Assembly: GCA_049519175.1 (NCBI GenBank)
Contig: JBEKQZ010000001.1
Span: 173,311 to 222,042 of the forward strand
DNA: 48,732 bases
Direction: 5' to 3'
From: Candidatus Levyibacteriota bacterium
GTDB lineage: Bacteria; Patescibacteriota; Microgenomatia; Levybacterales; UBA12049
The notes beneath the pieces were generated by a model. The model was not told the origin of the DNA, made no database searches, and saw only the letters and a list, made by a program, of their open reading frames with translations. Made by a program: the position numbers and the translations under genes. Below, in pieces: positions 43,424 to 48,732 of the stretch. The stretch's first letter is position 1. Every line of letters starts with the position of its first letter.

Positions 43424-43470
43424 CGACGAATTTCATTCGTGCGGAATCCCGAATGGCAACGACCATCGGG
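43424..43470 (+). promoter_or_regulatory. two intercistronic stem-loops upstream of the YfhO-like gene
   Basis: ACGAAT-ttc-ATTCGT (43426-43440, extendable to 43424-43443) and CCCGAATGG-caacga-CCATCGGG (43448-43470). The second is nearly identical to the hairpin of the tRNA-like fragment at 35969-35988. GAAGAAAAGG precedes ATG 43481. Confidence 0.5.
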
Positions 43471-43480
43471 AAGAAAAGGT

Positions 43481-45868
43481 ATGAAAATTATATCTAAATT
43501 TTGGCCTTTTATTTTAATAGCCGTTGTAGTCTTAGCGTTTTTTTATCCGATTTTTAAGGGCAACATTCCTTTCCCCGGCGATCTTTTAGTCAATACTAAT
43601 CCTTACAGGTCGCAGTCTTTTTTAGGCTTTGCTCCGAATGGATATCCCAACAAGGCGCAAGGGCAAGATGTAATAGCCGAAATTTACCCTTGGCGATATT
43701 TTTCCGTTAATCAATTAAAGCAGGGCAATATTCCTTTTTGGAATCCCTATAATTTTTCGGGTAATCCGCAAATGGCCGATTTTCAGACAGCAATTTTCTA
43801 TCCGCTTAACTTTCTGTATTTCTTATTGCCCTTTAATATTTCCTGGACGCTTTTAATTATGCTTCAACCCTTGCTAGCCGCATTTTTCATGTATCTGTTT
43901 CTCAAAAAAGGGGTTGGGCTTAAGGATTTTCCTTCCCTGATCGGCGGCATTTCGTTTGGTTTTTCTTCATATATGACGGTTTGGATGGAGTATGGAAATA
44001 TCGGTAGCACTTTCTTATGGCTTCCGCTGGCACTTTTATTAACAAAATATCTTTCCCAAAAAATAAATCTGAAAAGTTTTCTGGCGTTGGTCGCGACCCT
44101 TTTTATTTCCATTTTGGCCGGCTATATTCAAGGAGTTTTTTATATTTACGTCCTTTGTTTCCTTTACTATTTATATTTAGTCCTCGTTCAAAAAAACTTT
44201 AAAAGTTATAAAAATCATATTTTGTTTCTGCTTTCGTTGGGGTTACCGTTTTTATTGACCTCGTTTCAAATTTTGCCGACCCTACAGCTTTTTTCCCAAT
44301 CTACGAGGGGAGCATATTCTCTTGCTCAAATTGCAAAAGATTTGGCGCCGCTTCAATATTGGATAACCATAGTTTTTCCGGATTTCTTTGGTAACCCGGC
44401 GACCAGAAATTATTGGATAGACGGAACTTATATTGAACGGGTAATGTCCCCCGGAATTGTAATTCTTTTCTTTGCAATCTACGCAGTTTTTAATAAAATT
44501 AATTTTGTCGAGAAAAAGTTTTTCTTGATAGTCTCAATAATTTCTTTAATTATTACAACTAATCTGCCTTTAATTAAATATTTTTACCTTATTCCAATAC
44601 CTGTTATCTCAACTACAATTCCGACAAGAGAACTGAGCATTTTTATTTTTAGTTTGATAGTTTTGGGAGCAATTGGTTTAGAATATTTTATTAATGAAAA
44701 ATATTTTCAAAAAATATTTGCATTCAATTATTTAGTTTTCTTTGGTTTTGTGTGGGGAGTTGTTCTTTTTCTAATTAAATTCTATCCGGCACTTTCTCAA
44801 AATTTAAAAATCACCGAACACAATTTAATACTGCCAAGCGTACTCATTCTATTAACAATTTTAGCGGTTTTCATAAAAAAAATTAACCTCAAGATTAGTT
44901 TGATCCTGCTTATATTATTGGTTGTGTTTGATCTTTTCTATTTCTTTAATAAAATTACGCCTTTTTCGCCCGGCGTTTTGGCATATCCGCAAACGCCAAT
45001 CATTTCTTATTTGCAAGAAAACGCGGGGATTAACCGATATTGGGGTTATGGTTCGGCTTATATTCAGGCAAATTATCAAAGTGTTGACCAAACTTTTTCG
45101 CCCGAAGGAAACGATCCTCTACATATCTCAAGATATGGAGAGTTACTTGCTTCATCAAAAGATGGTCAGTTGCCCCAGATGCTTCCTCGTCCGGATGCAA
45201 ACGTAGCGCCTGGATATGGGATAAACGATTTAAAAACAAATTATTTTCGGAAAAGAGTGCTTGATTTGTTGGGTGTTAAATATGTTCTGCAGTATCAAGA
45301 CGTAGCTGATGTTTGGTATCAGACCGATTTTAATACTTTTCCGCAGGAGCAATACCTTTTGGTAAATAAAATATTCCCTTGGCAGGTTTACGAGAATAAA
45401 AATGCGCTGCCAAGATTTTTTCTAGCAGACGATTATATTTTAGCGAAAAATAAGACTCAGGCTTTGGATTTGATTTACGAACGAAGCACTGATTTAAAAA
45501 AGACAGTAATCTTAGAAAGATTACCCAATCTTCAGCTCAATAAAAGTTCAAATGGAAAAGTCAGCTTGTTGTCTTATTCGGGAAATAAAGTTAGTTTTAA
45601 GACCAACGCTTCAGGTAACCAGCTATTGTTCTTTTCCGACAATTATTACCCCGATTGGAAAGCGACAATTGACGGTAAACCAACGGAAGTCTTACTTGCT
45701 GATTATTCGTTTAGAGCAGTCGCAGTTCCCAAAGGAGAGCATCAAGTGGAATTTTTTTATGATCCGAAAATATTTAAATTCGGTTTAGTAATAAGCTTGG
45801 GCACTTTATTGATAGTCGTAGCCTATGCTATTATTAGCGTAGTTCTGAAAAAGAATGAAGATAACTAA
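43481..45868 (+). CDS. YfhO-family GT-C membrane glycosyltransferase
   Basis: Track ORF 43418..45868. FPGDL..., YPW, WNPYNFSGNPQMADFQTAIFYPLNFL, many TM helices, a large extracytoplasmic C-terminal domain and a terminal TM helix. ATG 43481 is preferred because the preceding 21 codons coincide with the two hairpins and an AAAGG SD follows them. Confidence 0.8.
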   Translation: MKIISKFWPFILIAVVVLAFFYPIFKGNIPFPGDLLVNTNPYRSQSFLGFAPNGYPNKAQGQDVIAEIYPWRYFSVNQLKQGNIPFWNPYNFSGNPQMADFQTAIFYPLNFLYFLLPFNISWTLLIMLQPLLAAFFMYLFLKKGVGLKDFPSLIGGISFGFSSYMTVWMEYGNIGSTFLWLPLALLLTKYLSQKINLKSFLALVATLFISILAGYIQGVFYIYVLCFLYYLYLVLVQKNFKSYKNHILFLLSLGLPFLLTSFQILPTLQLFSQSTRGAYSLAQIAKDLAPLQYWITIVFPDFFGNPATRNYWIDGTYIERVMSPGIVILFFAIYAVFNKINFVEKKFFLIVSIISLIITTNLPLIKYFYLIPIPVISTTIPTRELSIFIFSLIVLGAIGLEYFINEKYFQKIFAFNYLVFFGFVWGVVLFLIKFYPALSQNLKITEHNLILPSVLILLTILAVFIKKINLKISLILLILLVVFDLFYFFNKITPFSPGVLAYPQTPIISYLQENAGINRYWGYGSAYIQANYQSVDQTFSPEGNDPLHISRYGELLASSKDGQLPQMLPRPDANVAPGYGINDLKTNYFRKRVLDLLGVKYVLQYQDVADVWYQTDFNTFPQEQYLLVNKIFPWQVYENKNALPRFFLADDYILAKNKTQALDLIYERSTDLKKTVILERLPNLQLNKSSNGKVSLLSYSGNKVSFKTNASGNQLLFFSDNYYPDWKATIDGKPTEVLLADYSFRAVAVPKGEHQVEFFYDPKIFKFGLVISLGTLLIVVAYAIISVVLKKNEDN

Positions 45869-47516
45869 ACAAAAATTATTAACGTTTTTTCTCCTTTGCG
45901 GAATTTTACTAATTGCACTTTTTGCCAGAACCTATCAATTGAGTAGTGTCCCAAATGGTTTTCATATTGATGAAGCAATTATTGCGGATAATGCATATTC
46001 GATTATGCATACGGGTCGTGATACTGATAATAATTTCCTACCCTTGCAAACAGAAGTTTTTGGAGATTATAACCCAACAGGATATGCTTATTTGGCAATT
46101 TTACCAATACGCTTTTTGGGATTAACTATTACTGCGGCGCGTTCGGTTGGAGCTATCTTGGGCGTTTTTGCTGTTTTGGCAGTTTTCTTTCTTGCTTACT
46201 CTATTTTTGAAAGAATTAATTTAAGTTTATTAACGAGTCTTTTTATTGCTCTCTCGCCTTGGGATATTGTTCTTTCCCGATCTACCGAGGAAACAGCCGC
46301 ATCGCTGGTATTTATCGTTCTGGGATTTGCTTGTCTTATCTGGAGCATAAAAAAGCAAAAAATACGCTATCTCTTGTTAGCAACAACGTCACTATTTATA
46401 AGTTACTTTATGTATTTTACTCCACGGCTTTTTGTTCCTTTACTTTTTCTGGCTTTCTTTATTCCCATAAAGTATTGGTATGAAAAAAGAAAAACCATAT
46501 TTACAAAAATATTTATCGGTTGCTTCTTATTTATTGGAATTACGGCATTTTTACTTGTCGTGGTAGTTAAAGGAGGAGTAAGCAGAGCTAATCAGATAAG
46601 CATTTTTAGTTTTCCGGAAACGCGCCTGGTCATGGAAGAGCAAATTCGTGAAGATGGAGTGCAGCACGTGTCTTTATTATCTACAAGAGTTTTTCATAAT
46701 AAAATTCTTGATTATAGCTTAACGTACACCAGTAATTATTTAAGCTATTTTACAGGAGAATTTTTGTTTATTAAAGGGGGTTTACCGATTTGGTTTAATG
46801 TGCCGGAAATGGGACTTATCTATTTGGTTGAATTGCCTTTTATAATTTTTGGTTTATATAATGTATTTCGAGAAAAAAGAAAATGGGGCTTTATATTGTT
46901 TCTCTGGTTATTATTATCACCCGTTGTAGCTTCTTTCACGGTTGATGACACGCCCAATATTAGACGGTCTCTTGTAATGGTTCCTGCGATTGAAATGTTT
47001 GCTGCTTATGGAGTAATTGCTGCCTTTGAAAAAGTTAAGAATAAATTAAGATGGCTTATTGTGTTTGTATTTATTATACTTTTTTCTTTAAACTCACTTT
47101 ATTTCTTCCATGAATATTTTATTCATTCGCCAATCCACCAAAATTGGTACAGGGATGAAGGTTTTGATAAAGTGATGGCCTTGGTAAAAAAGAATTATCA
47201 AAATTATGACAAGATTGTCGTGAGTAAATCATCTGGCGGCAACTATCCTTTAGTCCTATTCTACATGCAGTATGATCCGAGTCTGTATCTTCAAGAAGGG
47301 CATACTAAGGATAAGAATGATACGGGTTTTGGTAAATTTTTCTTTGTTAATACTGCTTGTCCGTCGGAGGATAAAGATCCCAATGTTCCCAAGGTTAATA
47401 AAATTATGTACATAGATGATGGTAAATGCAGAGATTATAAGGCTTTAACTGTGCTTAAGCATACGTATATATTGCATCTAGATGGCACTAAAGCTTTTAG
47501 AATAGTTTATGAGTAG
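45855..47516 (+). CDS. ArnT/PMT-like GT-C glycosyltransferase (second copy)
   Basis: 553 aa. First-loop FHIDEAIIADNAYSI motif, about 11 TM helices and a soluble C-terminal domain. 14-nt overlap with the YfhO-like gene. Confidence 0.7.
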   Translation: MKITKQKLLTFFLLCGILLIALFARTYQLSSVPNGFHIDEAIIADNAYSIMHTGRDTDNNFLPLQTEVFGDYNPTGYAYLAILPIRFLGLTITAARSVGAILGVFAVLAVFFLAYSIFERINLSLLTSLFIALSPWDIVLSRSTEETAASLVFIVLGFACLIWSIKKQKIRYLLLATTSLFISYFMYFTPRLFVPLLFLAFFIPIKYWYEKRKTIFTKIFIGCFLFIGITAFLLVVVVKGGVSRANQISIFSFPETRLVMEEQIREDGVQHVSLLSTRVFHNKILDYSLTYTSNYLSYFTGEFLFIKGGLPIWFNVPEMGLIYLVELPFIIFGLYNVFREKRKWGFILFLWLLLSPVVASFTVDDTPNIRRSLVMVPAIEMFAAYGVIAAFEKVKNKLRWLIVFVFIILFSLNSLYFFHEYFIHSPIHQNWYRDEGFDKVMALVKKNYQNYDKIVVSKSSGGNYPLVLFYMQYDPSLYLQEGHTKDKNDTGFGKFFFVNTACPSEDKDPNVPKVNKIMYIDDGKCRDYKALTVLKHTYILHLDGTKAFRIVYE

Positions 47517-47528
47517 TTTAAACTTCCT

Positions 47529-48732
47529 ATGCTGCAATCTATAAAAGCAAAATCGAAAATTATATTTTTAATACTCGCTTTAATATTAACAATGCCGGCT
47601 TTAATTGGACTTATTCATCCAGGATTTCCGGTTACCGATGACGGCGGTTGGATGGTCATCCGGTTCTCGGCGTTTTTCCAAACTTTAAGAAGCGGCGAAT
47701 TTCCCGTTAGATTCCTAATGCGCTTAAATAACGGTTACGGTTATCCGGTTTCCGATTTTTTATATCCACTGTTTATGTATTTTTCCGTTCCGATTCATCT
47801 TGTTGGCATTAATTTTGTCAATACCATTAAAACCTTATTAATTCTTTGCGTTTTTGCTTCTTCATTATTTACTTTTCTTTGGCTAAGAAAATTATTTGAT
47901 AATTTATCATCGTTGGTTGGGGCAGTTTTTTATACCTTTTTCCCTTACCACCTGTTTGATATTTACCAAAGAGGTTCGGTTGGCGAAGTTTTGTCGTTAT
48001 CAATCTTACCATTTGTGCTGTGGCAGATAGAAAGAAAAAGTTTATTCTGGGTTTCTGCCGGACTAGCTTTTTTAATTCTTGCGCATAATACTTTGGCAGT
48101 TTTATTGATGTTGTTAATTCTGCCGTATATGCTGTTGGATATCTGCATTTCAAAAAATAAAAGAAAGTCTTTCCGTTTTTACTTAATTACTTTATTAGTA
48201 GGATTTGGTTTATCCTCCTTTTTTTGGCTGCCGGCACTATTTGATTTGCAGTATACGATTTTTGCCAAAACGCAAATTTCAAACGTCGCTAATTATTTTG
48301 CCGGTTTTGGATTAATAGGGATAGCAGCGGTTTTTGTAATTTTGCTGACGGTTCTTCTGATTTTGTTCAAGCGAATTGAAATTAAAAAACACAGGTTAAC
48401 TATCATTATGTTGATTATCTCCATTGTCTCGATTTATCTTGCCAGTTCCCCAAGTGCCTTCTTGTGGAAATTTTTACTAAGCTCTTTTGTGCAATTTCCG
48501 TTCCGCTTTTTGTCCCTAACCATCCCAAGCATTTCCTTTTTGGCCGCTTGCACTATTTCAGTTTTTTCAAAAAAAATAAAAGTCGCATTAGGTTTAATAA
48601 TTGTAGTTTTAATATCAATTTCGGCAGTGTTTTATTTACTACCCAAAAGTTATCAAAATTTTCCCGACAGTTTTTACTCGACTAATCAAGATACTACCAC
48701 GGTAAAAAATGAATACATGCCAAAATGGGCTG
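47529..48732 (+). CDS. polytopic membrane protein, GT-C-like (COG5617-type), incomplete at window end
   Basis: Absent from the ORF track (no stop in the window). Hand translation from ATG 47529: MLQSIKAKSKIIFLILALILTMPALIGLIHPGFPVTDDGGWMVIRFSAFFQTLRSGEFPVRFLMRLNNGYGYPVSDFLYPLF... It stays open to the window end with many TM helices. Confidence 0.65.
   Translation, partial: MLQSIKAKSKIIFLILALILTMPALIGLIHPGFPVTDDGGWMVIRFSAFFQTLRSGEFPVRFLMRLNNGYGYPVSDFLYPLFMYFSVPIHLVGINFVNTIKTLLILCVFASSLFTFLWLRKLFDNLSSLVGAVFYTFFPYHLFDIYQRGSVGEVLSLSILPFVLWQIERKSLFWVSAGLAFLILAHNTLAVLLMLLILPYMLLDICISKNKRKSFRFYLITLLVGFGLSSFFWLPALFDLQYTIFAKTQISNVANYFAGFGLIGIAAVFVILLTVLLILFKRIEIKKHRLTIIMLIISIVSIYLASSPSAFLWKFLLSSFVQFPFRFLSLTIPSISFLAACTISVFSKKIKVALGLIIVVLISISAVFYLLPKSYQNFPDSFYSTNQDTTTVKNEYMPKWA

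Noticed and set aside
43418-43480. Upstream start for the YfhO-like gene (track start 43418, overlapping the previous stop)
   Set aside because: The 21 extra codons (MSRRISFVRNPEWQRPSGRKG) coincide with two stable hairpins, one of which is a repeat found in non-coding context elsewhere. An AAAGG SD precedes ATG 43481. The upstream start remains possible.
1-48732. CRISPR arrays, rRNA genes, IS transposases, integrases
   Set aside because: None was found on reading both strands. There is no repeat-spacer periodicity, no rRNA-like conserved blocks, and no DDE, tyrosine-recombinase or serine-recombinase motifs among the ORFs.

Overview
This is a 48.7-kb AT-rich bacterial window. Its gene content (lone purB and pyrD, many small orphan ORFs, giant PT-rich surface proteins, a run of GT-C membrane glycosyltransferases) resembles a small-genome Patescibacteria/CPR-type organism; that placement is inference, not proven. 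Core genes are gltX, a DEAD-box helicase, purB, pyrD, lon, tRNA-Gln(CUG) and tRNA-Glu(CUC). Accessory blocks: (i) a 3.6-6.2 kb array of orphan gene units separated by a degenerate 40-55-nt repeat, ending at tRNA-Gln; (ii) a GH130 + GT4-fusion pair and a lone TraD/VirD4-like ATPase; (iii) a 19.5-26.5 kb surface-protein island with two paralogous VNTN-repeat proteins and a >1,100-aa Ig/FN3-type protein; (iv) a 2.3-kb, SD-using, phage-like segment that appears to split the large surface-protein gene from its own signal peptide; (v) an NRAMP-related permease with Mg-type site substitutions, coupled to a channel-less MgtE-N/CBS protein; (vi) a tRNA-like 3' fragment whose 13-bp end is repeated 1.1 kb away, bracketing an orphan ORF; (vii) a MarR-MFP-MFP-MFS efflux operon; (viii) a GT2 gene plus five consecutive GT-C-like glycosyltransferase genes. 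A TATAAT-type box sits 6-9 nt before the start codon of at least 14 genes, which suggests leaderless mRNAs. I recognised no CRISPR array, rRNA, transposase or integrase. All homology calls rest on motif recognition by eye and none was confirmed by a search.
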